Assembly (NCBI GenBank): GCA_035357435.1
Contig: DAOPNM010000014.1
Span: forward strand, 1 to 12,962
Direction of reading: 5' to 3'
DNA length: 12,962 nt
From: an archaeon
GTDB taxonomy: Archaea; Iainarchaeota; Iainarchaeia; Iainarchaeales; CSSED10-239
Every line of letters begins with the position of its first letter. Positions within the stretch are counted from its first letter, which is position 1. Position numbers and translations under genes: made by a program. The notes beneath the pieces are model-generated. The model had not been told where the DNA came from, ran no database searches, and saw only the letters and a program-made list of their open reading frames with translations. This document shows positions 1-6,663 of this stretch, piece by piece.

Positions 1-257
1 AGTTTAATAACAATTAAATTAATTAAAAGCCCAATCAAAGAAATAATTGTAAACAAAGAAAACTGTTTTGTAATCTTTTTATTTTTACTTTGAAATGTAT
101 ATTTTCTTTGAAGAATATATCCAACAACTAATCCACAAATATATGAAATTGCTGCAGAAACTAAATAATAAATCCCTAAAAAATCAGTAAAAAGATATAA
201 AATAGAAACATCAACAATAGTTGCAATTAAAGATGCAAAAACATATTTTAAAAACAA
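1..257 (-). CDS. GtrA-like small polytopic membrane protein, partial (C-terminus runs off the left edge); start codon uncertain
   Basis: Hand translation of the minus strand gives ...KYSLFLKYVFASLIATIVDVSILYLFTDFLGIYYLVSAAISYICGLVVGYILQRKYTFQSKNKKITKQFSLFTIISLIGLLINLIVIKL. The frame is open from an in-frame TGA at 330-332 to the window edge. Paired hydrophobic helices are separated by a basic (Y)xLxRKxxF loop, as in GtrA-family proteins. There is no in-frame ATG; the only canonical alternative start is TTG at 255-257. It is not in the ORF track, probably because it is edge-truncated. Confidence 0.5.
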   Translation of the reverse strand, partial: MFLKYVFASLIATIVDVSILYLFTDFLGIYYLVSAAISYICGLVVGYILQRKYTFQSKNKKITKQFSLFTIISLIGLLINLIVIK

Positions 258-344
258 ACTATATTTTTTTAAAAAAGGAAAATATTTAGAAACCCTATCA
301 ATTAATTTGTCAATAAATACCCTTCCTTTTCAATTTAAAATATT

Positions 345-366
345 TAAAAAAAGAAAAAATAAATTA
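345..366 (-). terminator. Oligo-T tract downstream of the Sec61beta gene (archaeal-type terminator candidate)
   Basis: The minus strand reads ATTTATTTTTTCTTTTTTTAAATA immediately after the TAA at 372-374. The background is very AT-rich, so specificity is weak. Confidence 0.3.
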
Positions 367-371
367 TAGTT

Positions 372-521
372 TTACAAAATTAAAATTACAATAATAAATG
401 CAATAACAACACCTACTACTAATTCTGGTGAAAGCTTTGGGCCAGGTAATTGCTCATTAAATTTCATTATACCAATTGCAGAACTTGGTCCGCCAGAGGA
501 TTTTGAAGTATTCATTTTCAT
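372..521 (-). CDS. secG: Preprotein translocase subunit Sec61beta (archaeal SecG), 49 aa
   Basis: Hand translation: MKMNTSKSSGGPSSAIGIMKFNEQLPGPKLSPELVVGVVIAFIIVILIL*. It matches the archaeal Sec61beta pattern: (S/T)SAGLxRYxxE, a short spacer, KxxPexVxxxxxxF, then a single C-terminal TM. GGTG lies 8 nt upstream of the ATG (530-533). It is below the size cut-off of the ORF track. Confidence 0.7.
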   Translation of the reverse strand: MKMNTSKSSGGPSSAIGIMKFNEQLPGPKLSPELVVGVVIAFIIVILIL

Positions 522-635
522 AAAATTTACACCATTTTTAAAATTTTTCTTTTATAAATATATAATATATTGAAGAGTAACAAATAAATAGGTTACCTTC
601 TCTAATAAATATAACAAACTAGGAAAAAAACAAAT

Positions 636-1652
636 ATGACACAAGAAGATTACGATATTTCAGAAGAAAAACCAAAAAATAAAAAAAATAAACAAATAAC
701 AAGAATAATAATTATAATTATACTTATCATTATTTTATTATTTTCATTTGTATGGGCAGGATATATAAGATGTAGTAAAATACCTGGAATGTGTCAAATA
801 TATTGGGGGATTCAAACATTTGTTACAGGAATCCAACAACCAAATATTTTAATATTATATGACCCAACAGACATTAATGGGTTAGGAAATCCTTATCTTC
901 TTCAAAAAGCATTAACAGAAAATATAAGTGGAGGATATCACCCACAATTAAAACCAATAACTTATTTTAGCAAAGACACACTTCAAGGAGTAAGTTTGGT
1001 AATTGTCGACAAAGCAAGAAAGATATCTACTACAAAATTAGAAACATTAATGGACTATGTACAAACAGGTGGAAGATTAATCTGGATAGGAGATGCAGGA
1101 GTTGAATTAGAAGAACAAAATGAAAGATATGCCACTGTTCAAGATATTACAGAAGACAGTAACGATACAACTCAACTTGGGAACTGGGCAAGAGTAAATG
1201 GAGATTGGGTACTTAGATTTGATGAATTCCTTGGAGTTAAATATATTACAAACTATTGTAATCTAAAAGAGTGTAAAACAAAAGAATATGAAATACCAAA
1301 TGGTGCCAAAATAAAAATAAAAAATCCAGAACAAATTAATGGAAATCTTGTTGCAAACACCTCAAATAGTTTAACATATGGATTAAAAGAATATTTACCA
1401 AACAACAACGATTTTGCAATTGTTGAAACATTATCTGCAGGTTATGAAGCCCCACTAAAACTAGATTATGGTACAAAATTATTTTCAGAAAACTATAATG
1501 GTGGATTAGGTCCAGTATTCCCTCTTATTGTAATAAGTAATAATAAAAAAGTAATATACTATGCAATCCCACCAGAATACTTTGTAGAACCAGAAGATAA
1601 AGACAAATATTATTCAATTATAGAAAACATGTTAGATGGAATACTTAAATAA
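636..1652 (+). CDS. Hypothetical type-II membrane-anchored protein with an extracytoplasmic domain; possible GATase1-like (DUF1355/DUF4159-type) fold
   Basis: ATG start. A Lys-rich N-tail is followed by a poly-Ile/Leu TM (RIIIIIILIIILLFSFVWAG). The ectodomain has 5 Cys and beta-alpha-beta signatures: NILILYDP..., VSLVIVDKARKISTTKLETLMDYVQTGGRLIWIGDAG, and GPVFPLIVISNNKKVIYYAIPPEYF. The family assignment is pattern memory only. Confidence 0.6.
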   Translation: MTQEDYDISEEKPKNKKNKQITRIIIIIILIIILLFSFVWAGYIRCSKIPGMCQIYWGIQTFVTGIQQPNILILYDPTDINGLGNPYLLQKALTENISGGYHPQLKPITYFSKDTLQGVSLVIVDKARKISTTKLETLMDYVQTGGRLIWIGDAGVELEEQNERYATVQDITEDSNDTTQLGNWARVNGDWVLRFDEFLGVKYITNYCNLKECKTKEYEIPNGAKIKIKNPEQINGNLVANTSNSLTYGLKEYLPNNNDFAIVETLSAGYEAPLKLDYGTKLFSENYNGGLGPVFPLIVISNNKKVIYYAIPPEYFVEPEDKDKYYSIIENMLDGILK

Positions 1653-1654
1653 AA

Positions 1655-2998
1655 CTATTTAAACAAATCATTACGATCTTGATCCTCAAAAAAATTAGAG
1701 TATTGTTCATCTTTTCCTTTTTGTTTTTTTGATGCAGAGGAACCAGACTTTTTTTTCTTTCTCACAAATAAAAATATTAAAAATATAAGTAAAACAATGC
1801 CAACTCCAACCAAATACCAATTTATTGAATAACCTTGTGTTTCTTCAATAAATCCATTATTCAATATATACTTTGCTTTTAGTTTTGCATCCATTATTTT
1901 GGGTATTGCCTCTTGATATTTCCCTTTTGTATAAAGTTCATTTATTTGTACATATTTAGTATAAAGTGCATCTACTGTTCCTTGTTCTACCCAATAAGGT
2001 TTATTATCAGGATTTAAAATGAACTGAATGGCTTCATCTAAATTTCTATAATTAGGAAAATTAGAATCATAATCATAAAGTAAAGATTTTGCATCAATAT
2101 TTTGTTTTCTTGAAACAAAGTTGTCAATAAATAAATTTAAGTTAGATGGAACATTTACAAAATTATAAATTGTAGAATAAAATAAATATGTAGAAGAAAC
2201 ATAATCATAGATCTGAGAAACATCTGAACTTAAACTAGAAGGTGGAGCTATAAAAGAAATAATTGACTGTTTATCTGAATCAGACAATTTATCACTAGCA
2301 ACAACTGTTGTTGTAATGTTAGATATAGAATCTGAATATGCTAAACTTTTAGTTGGTAAATCTTTATACCCTGAAAATGCAGAAGAAAATAAAGGTAATA
2401 AATCACCTACTGAGGAACAGGAAGGAGATGACAAAAATGCATTTTGCTTATCTAAAAGGGTATTAAGATTTAATTGCAAGGTGCTCAATAAAGAAATCAA
2501 ATCCTCTAATTTTTGCCTTGTACTTTTAATTTCATTCTTTACATCTTGTGGATATGTGTCTATTTTCTCTAGTCCTTCTAATTTTGCTTTTGTAGATTCC
2601 AAAACACTTATTAATCTATGAATTTTATCAATCAATTGTGCATTTAAATAATTATTTCCACCAGAATATGAAAGAGACCTTAAAACATATTCTGTTTTAA
2701 CTAAATTAAGATTATGGGTAGTATTTTTAAAATCTAACAAAACATCTCCTGATTCAAAAGAAACTGGCACAAAAAAAGAAACTTCTTGTGTAGAGCCTAC
2801 AACAGGAATTAAATAATATGAATTATTATCACAGACAATCTTGGGTTGAGAAAAAGAATCAATTATTTCATTTGAAAAAACATATTCTTTTGCTATATTT
2901 TGTGCTTCAAAAAGAGAAATTGCATAGATAGACGGAAAAATAAAAAACAAGATTGAAACAATTAAAAAAAAATTTTGAAATCTCATTATATTTACCAT
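1655..2998 (-). CDS. Hypothetical surface protein: signal peptide, PepSY-like N-domain, coiled coil, Ser-rich region, C-terminal TM anchor with a Lys-rich tail
   Basis: Signal-like N-terminus MRFQNFFLIVSILFFIFPSIYA; the true start may be the ATG at 2984-2986, which is preceded by ATGGTAA. PepSY-like segment: AQNIAKEYV...YYLIPVVGSTQEVSFFVPVSFESGDVLL. Heptad-like helix: KLEGLEKI...KLEDLISLLSTLQLNLNTLLDK. C-terminal TM WYLVGVGIVLLIFLIFLFV followed by RKKKKSGSSASKKQKGK. No recognisable catalytic motif. Confidence 0.6.
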   Translation of the reverse strand: MVNIMRFQNFFLIVSILFFIFPSIYAISLFEAQNIAKEYVFSNEIIDSFSQPKIVCDNNSYYLIPVVGSTQEVSFFVPVSFESGDVLLDFKNTTHNLNLVKTEYVLRSLSYSGGNNYLNAQLIDKIHRLISVLESTKAKLEGLEKIDTYPQDVKNEIKSTRQKLEDLISLLSTLQLNLNTLLDKQNAFLSSPSCSSVGDLLPLFSSAFSGYKDLPTKSLAYSDSISNITTTVVASDKLSDSDKQSIISFIAPPSSLSSDVSQIYDYVSSTYLFYSTIYNFVNVPSNLNLFIDNFVSRKQNIDAKSLLYDYDSNFPNYRNLDEAIQFILNPDNKPYWVEQGTVDALYTKYVQINELYTKGKYQEAIPKIMDAKLKAKYILNNGFIEETQGYSINWYLVGVGIVLLIFLIFLFVRKKKKSGSSASKKQKGKDEQYSNFFEDQDRNDLFK

Positions 2999-3835
2999 TT
3001 AAGAAAGCATCTCCTTATTTTCATTAGAACCCAAAATCTTAAAAAATAGTAAGGTAAAGACAGTATAAAGTAAAGAAAAAAATATTAAAAAATAAACTGC
3101 AGAAATAATTGAAATAAACAATGCAGAAAACAATGCAAAATGATTTAATAACAATACAAAAATAGGCATAGAATATATTGCACTTTTAATTGCAGAAACC
3201 ATTTCTTCTTTTTGATCTTCTGAAATAGCTATTTGCTGTACTTGAGAATCATTATTTGGGAAAGATGAAACCTTTTGAATATCCCCACTTACAAACAAAC
3301 CAACAAATCCATCTTCAAAAGATTGTCTGTATATTACTTGTGCAGGACTAACTGTTAACAAAACAGAAACAAACAAAGAAATTATTAGAAAAACATTTAA
3401 TTTTGGTCTTACATATCTATTCACTTTTGAAACTTTATTTGTTTCTTTATATTCACTTGTTACAAGAAGAGAAACAACAAGATTTGAAATTAAAAACAAA
3501 TTTAAAAATATAATTAATTCTTTTGTTAAATCAAAAACTAAAAAAGAAACAATAATTCCAATACCCATTCCAAACAAACATTGTAAAAAATTCACCCATT
3601 TATCTTTATTTGTAGACAACACCACAACTATTGCAGAAGTTAAAGGGAACAACAAAAGAAACAATAAAAAATTAGTGGAAATAAAACTATGTGCAATATT
3701 TGAAATGTTTAAAGACAAAAGAACTGCAATAGATGCTTTTGAAGAAGAATAGAAATATACCCATAAAAGTAATGAGATTGCTAATAATAAAATCTTTAAA
3801 TAACCTTTATCTTTAAAAACATCTTTAATGTCCAT
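2999..3835 (-). CDS. Hypothetical polytopic membrane protein (about 6-7 TM) with one soluble loop
   Basis: The ORF-track start at 3850 is a TTG. The first ATG is at 3833-3835 (MDIKDVFKDKGYLKILLLAISLL...) and is preceded by GGAAAGGA. The stop TAA (2999-3001) directly abuts the ATG (2996-2998) of the downstream gene, which indicates an operon. Multiple hydrophobic helices. No family recognised. Confidence 0.55.
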   Translation of the reverse strand: MDIKDVFKDKGYLKILLLAISLLLWVYFYSSSKASIAVLLSLNISNIAHSFISTNFLLFLLLFPLTSAIVVVLSTNKDKWVNFLQCLFGMGIGIIVSFLVFDLTKELIIFLNLFLISNLVVSLLVTSEYKETNKVSKVNRYVRPKLNVFLIISLFVSVLLTVSPAQVIYRQSFEDGFVGLFVSGDIQKVSSFPNNDSQVQQIAISEDQKEEMVSAIKSAIYSMPIFVLLLNHFALFSALFISIISAVYFLIFFSLLYTVFTLLFFKILGSNENKEMLS

Positions 3836-3888
3836 ATATTTCCTTTCCAAAAAATCTTTTTAAAGAAATTTTTTAAACAACAAATATA

Positions 3889-4803
3889 TTATATATCAAG
3901 AATATTTACAATATCTTGCAAACCGTCTTTAGTTATAATAAATGTTGTTTCCCATTGTGAAACATAACTTCCTTTATCATCATACAACACAGGATATGCA
4001 CTTATAATTTCTGATTTCAACAACTCCCGTAAAGCAAACTTTTTTACAAATGGTGAAAGATCTTTTCCTATCCAATATTCTGAAAAAGGAAGACCATTAA
4101 ATTTTTTTATTTCCTCCAAAAGATTTTTAGCATCCTTATTTCTTACGGCTTTATCCTGTTCAAATCTAAAAATTAAAACATCTGGGCCTTCTCTTACATA
4201 CCCAGAACCAGTAGATGCAAATGGTTCAATTGCAAAATTGGTATCTAAATCTTTAAACTTAATTGAAATACTATTTTTTACATTTGGAATAGATGGTGCT
4301 TCATGTTGACTATATCTGCCTAAACAATGCCCTGTTAAATTACTAATTGGTTTAAACCCACATTCTTTAATTTTATTTTCTATAATCTCACCAACATCAC
4401 AAATCTTTGCATCATTATAATGTTCTTCTAAATACTTCTTTGCTGAAAATAATGCTTGTTTAGATGCTTCTGACAACTTTTCATGTTTTTTAGAAAAATA
4501 TATTGTTTGAGAAGAATCAGCAATATATCCATTAACTTCAACACCAACATCAACTTTAAGAACATCATCATCTGTAAGAATGTGGTTTTTCTCTGGATTA
4601 TAGGCATTATGTGCAGCTTCATTATTTAAAGACAAATTAACAGGCCACGCTGGATTTCCAGAATGTTCTCTAATAAATTTATCTATTTTTAATGCAATAT
4701 CATTTAACTCTATGCCTGGTTTAATAAACTTTTTTGCATACTCTTGTGTTTTTTTATTAATATCCCCTGCTTTAATTAAACTACTTATTAATTCTTGATC
4801 CAT
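3889..4803 (-). CDS. map: Methionine aminopeptidase, type 2 (archaeal MetAP)
   Basis: Pita-bread metal-ligand context: KVDVGVEVNGYIADSS (two Asp), NLTGHCLGRY (His), FAIEPFASTGSGYV (Glu), SQWETTFIIT (Glu). The N-terminus MDQELISSLIKAGDI resembles the Pyrococcus MetAP N-terminus. I prefer the ATG at 4801-4803 because GGTGA (4809-4813) sits 5 nt upstream of it. The ORF track starts 4 codons earlier, at 4815. Confidence 0.9.
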   Translation of the reverse strand: MDQELISSLIKAGDINKKTQEYAKKFIKPGIELNDIALKIDKFIREHSGNPAWPVNLSLNNEAAHNAYNPEKNHILTDDDVLKVDVGVEVNGYIADSSQTIYFSKKHEKLSEASKQALFSAKKYLEEHYNDAKICDVGEIIENKIKECGFKPISNLTGHCLGRYSQHEAPSIPNVKNSISIKFKDLDTNFAIEPFASTGSGYVREGPDVLIFRFEQDKAVRNKDAKNLLEEIKKFNGLPFSEYWIGKDLSPFVKKFALRELLKSEIISAYPVLYDDKGSYVSQWETTFIITKDGLQDIVNILDI

Positions 4804-5329
4804 GTTTTTCACCATTTTTATTATTTAAAGAAATCAATATTATTGATAAAATTGCTAAAACAAAACCAAAATATATGGGAATATCAGGAACTGGTATTTT
4901 CTTAGAAGAAGATTTTGTTACTGTAAAATATTTATTAAAACTATTATTTGAAGGGTTATCATCTGAAGAAACAAGCATTGCTTGAAAAAGATAAGGTTGG
5001 GTAGATTGATTTAAATCTAAAACAGGCCCAGAATAATTAACATCTAACCTATTAGAGTTATGTGCTGGAACAGAAATTGACTTTTGTTGTGAATTGACAA
5101 GTTGAGATTTTGGAGAATAAATGTTTAAATCTATAGAGATTGTAGCATTAGCAGCACTATTATTTGTAACAAAAATAGAAACAGTAAAATTGATATCTTC
5201 AGGAACAGAAGAAGGCATCGTTATATCGGTAATTCCATAATCTGTATATATTGCATAAATATTTGGTAACAAAAACATACATACAAAAAAAAATATAAAC
5301 AAAAAATATTTTTTAATCAAAACCAACAC
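4781..5329 (-). CDS. Small CARDB-like surface protein with a signal peptide and a C-terminal TM anchor
   Basis: Signal-like (M)LVLIKKYFLFIFFFVCMFLLPNIYA. The Ig-like/CARDB pattern is PEDINFTVSIFVTNNSAANATISIDLNIY...SVPAHNSNRLDVNY...AMLVSSDDNPSNNSFNKYFTV. C-terminal TM IPIYFGFVLAILSIILISL plus a basic tail. The start is non-ATG: GTG at 5329, or TTG at 5326 or 5320, with AAGGTG spanning 5327-5332. The 3' end overlaps the map start by 23 nt. Confidence 0.6.
   Translation of the reverse strand: MLVLIKKYFLFIFFFVCMFLLPNIYAIYTDYGITDITMPSSVPEDINFTVSIFVTNNSAANATISIDLNIYSPKSQLVNSQQKSISVPAHNSNRLDVNYSGPVLDLNQSTQPYLFQAMLVSSDDNPSNNSFNKYFTVTKSSSKKIPVPDIPIYFGFVLAILSIILISLNNKNGEKHGSRINK
4809..4813 (-). promoter_or_regulatory. 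Shine-Dalgarno (GGTGA) for map
   Basis: The minus strand reads ATGGTGAAAAACATG. GGTGA is complementary to the conserved archaeal 16S 3' end (..GAUCACCUCC) and lies 5 nt before the ATG at 4803. Confidence 0.55.
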
Positions 5330-5474
5330 CTTATTTCTAAATATTTAATTATAATTTAAATTTAAGTATAAACATTATAACATTTATTACATAAACTAAA
5401 ACATATAACATAAAATATATATTATAATAAAATATACTATGTAATAATTAAAAAACTATGGTTTTAAAAGTTTT

Positions 5475-5500
5475 AAAAATAAAACAAAAAAAAAAGAAAA
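5475..5500 (-). terminator. Oligo-T terminator candidate after rpl11
   Basis: The minus strand immediately after the rpl11 stop reads TTTTCTTTTTTTTTTGTTTTATTTTT. A roughly 170-nt non-coding AT-rich spacer follows. Confidence 0.4.
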
Positions 5501-5974
5501 TTAAGAAGAAAAAACAGAATTATATTTCCCTTGATCTATTTCTTTTGTAACAACAGATGCAGGCTTACCATCAACAGTTACACCCATTGACCTACAAGTT
5601 CCTAAAATCTCTTTAATTGCAGTTTTTTCATCTTTTGAAACAAGTTGAGGAAATTTGGCTTTTGCTATTTTTCTTAATTGCTCAAATGTAAGATTTCCAG
5701 TAACCTCTGTATTTACTTTCCCTTTTGCAGTTTTTATTTTTAACTCTTTTTTAATTAAAGCACTTGTTAATGGAGCACCAACTTCTACAATAAAATTCTT
5801 TTTAGAATCTACTTCTATGGTTATTGGAACTTGCATTCCTTCCAAATCTTTTGTTAATCTGTTTATTTCATTAACAATAGCCATCGTATTTACACCTAAT
5901 GGACCCAATGCAGGGCCTAATGGTGGGGCAGGAGATGCTTTTCCTGCATCAATTAAAACTTTTATAGTCGTCAT
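5501..5974 (-). CDS. rpl11: 50S ribosomal protein L11 (uL11)
   Basis: The N-terminal KVLIDAGKASPAPPLGPALGPLGVN is the uL11 signature. Length is 157 aa. It sits downstream of spt5, as in the conserved archaeal cluster. Confidence 0.95.
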   Translation of the reverse strand: MTTIKVLIDAGKASPAPPLGPALGPLGVNTMAIVNEINRLTKDLEGMQVPITIEVDSKKNFIVEVGAPLTSALIKKELKIKTAKGKVNTEVTGNLTFEQLRKIAKAKFPQLVSKDEKTAIKEILGTCRSMGVTVDGKPASVVTKEIDQGKYNSVFSS

Positions 5975-6017
5975 ATTTTCTCTTTTTTTATATTTTATTA
6001 TATTTTTAATTAAAAAA

Positions 6018-6455
6018 TTAATTAATAACTTTTATATTTTCTGCTTTTATAGTAATTGGAATCTTTACACTTGCATCAAATAATTCAATAACTACCTCTT
6101 CTTTTGCAACATTCACCCTAATAACCTTTGCTCTAGAACCTTTAAATGGCCCTAAAATAATCTCTACTGTTTGCCCTGGCTTAATAGAACTCATTAATGG
6201 TCTTGATTCTAAAACACCTGCAATCTCATTAATATCAATATTTCCTTCAACAATTTTTTTCCCTTTAATATGTGGGACATTGTGAATAAGAAGTTCTACA
6301 GTCTTTGGAGAATCTGCTTCTACTAAAATATAACCTTTAAGATCAGCCATTTCTATCAATGAATAAACTTCCAAACTTTCATCTTTTATTTTATTCAATA
6401 AAAGATCAATAATTACTTTTTCTTGACCGATTGTTGTTCTTAATGTAAAAATCAT
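6018..6455 (-). CDS. spt5: Transcription elongation factor Spt5 (archaeal NusG)
   Basis: The NGN-like N-domain is MIFTLRTTIGQEKVIIDLL...KGYILVEA. The C-terminal KOW motif is KPGQTVEIILGPFKGSRAKVIRVN. The secE-spt5-rpl11 order is conserved. Confidence 0.9.
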   Translation of the reverse strand: MIFTLRTTIGQEKVIIDLLLNKIKDESLEVYSLIEMADLKGYILVEADSPKTVELLIHNVPHIKGKKIVEGNIDINEIAGVLESRPLMSSIKPGQTVEIILGPFKGSRAKVIRVNVAKEEVVIELFDASVKIPITIKAENIKVIN

Positions 6456-6458
6456 AAT

Positions 6459-6632
6459 TTATACACCTGAAATTAAATTTGCTACTAATTTTACAACAAA
6501 ACCAATAACACCTATTATCAAAATACCTAAGCCAATAACTTTACACATCAACCAAAACTCTTTTTTTCCTGGTTTTTGTGAAATACTTAATATTCTTCTA
6601 GATGAAGAAAAAAAATCACCTATTTTACTCAT
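6459..6632 (-). CDS. secE: Preprotein translocase subunit SecE (Sec61gamma), 57 aa
   Basis: Hand translation: MSKIGDFFSSSRRILSISQKPGKKEFWLMCKVIGLGILIIGVIGFVVKLVANLISGV*. It has the typical RRxL..xKPxxxEF segment followed by a single Gly-rich TM. GAGGT (6641-6645) lies 8 nt upstream of the ATG. It is below the size cut-off of the ORF track. Confidence 0.8.
   Translation of the reverse strand: MSKIGDFFSSSRRILSISQKPGKKEFWLMCKVIGLGILIIGVIGFVVKLVANLISGV
6464..6468 (-). promoter_or_regulatory. Shine-Dalgarno (AGGTG) for spt5, embedded in the last codons of secE
   Basis: The minus strand reads TCAGGTGTATAAATTATG. AGGTG lies 8 nt before the spt5 ATG. The secE stop is 3 nt from that ATG, which suggests translational coupling. 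Confidence 0.5.
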
Positions 6633-6663
6633 AAATCATAACCTCTATATAAAATTTACAAAA

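Noticed and set aside
2316-2621. 101-aa plus-strand ORF in the track
   Set aside because: It lies entirely antisense within the 447-aa surface-protein gene. It has no RBS or promoter context and an odd composition, and is a typical shadow ORF.
3836-3850. TTG-initiated N-terminal extension of the 283-aa membrane protein in the ORF track
   Set aside because: The first codon at 3848-3850 is TTG. An ATG five codons downstream is preceded by the purine-rich GGAAAGGA and is the more conservative start. The choice remains uncertain.
4428-4622. 64-aa minus-strand ORF in the track
   Set aside because: It is in an alternative frame inside the well-supported methionine aminopeptidase gene and is low-complexity (M/L/K/I).
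4804-4815. Four-codon N-terminal extension (MVKN) of map as given in the ORF track
   Set aside because: The upstream ATG is part of the ATGGTGA Shine-Dalgarno element. The downstream ATG gives an N-terminus (MDQEL...KAGDI) that matches archaeal MetAPs.
5330-5500. The roughly 170-nt AT-rich spacer as a possible ncRNA, CRISPR leader/array, or replication origin
   Set aside because: It has no G/C-containing stems, as expected for a structured RNA. There are no regularly spaced repeats, only short ATAACAT-type recurrences. There are no ORB-like elements and no adjacent orc1/cdc6. It is best explained as terminator plus promoter DNA.
5655-6083. 142-aa plus-strand ORF in the track
   Set aside because: It is antisense to rpl11 and to the 3' end of spt5, both of which have unambiguous conserved signatures. 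It is a shadow ORF.
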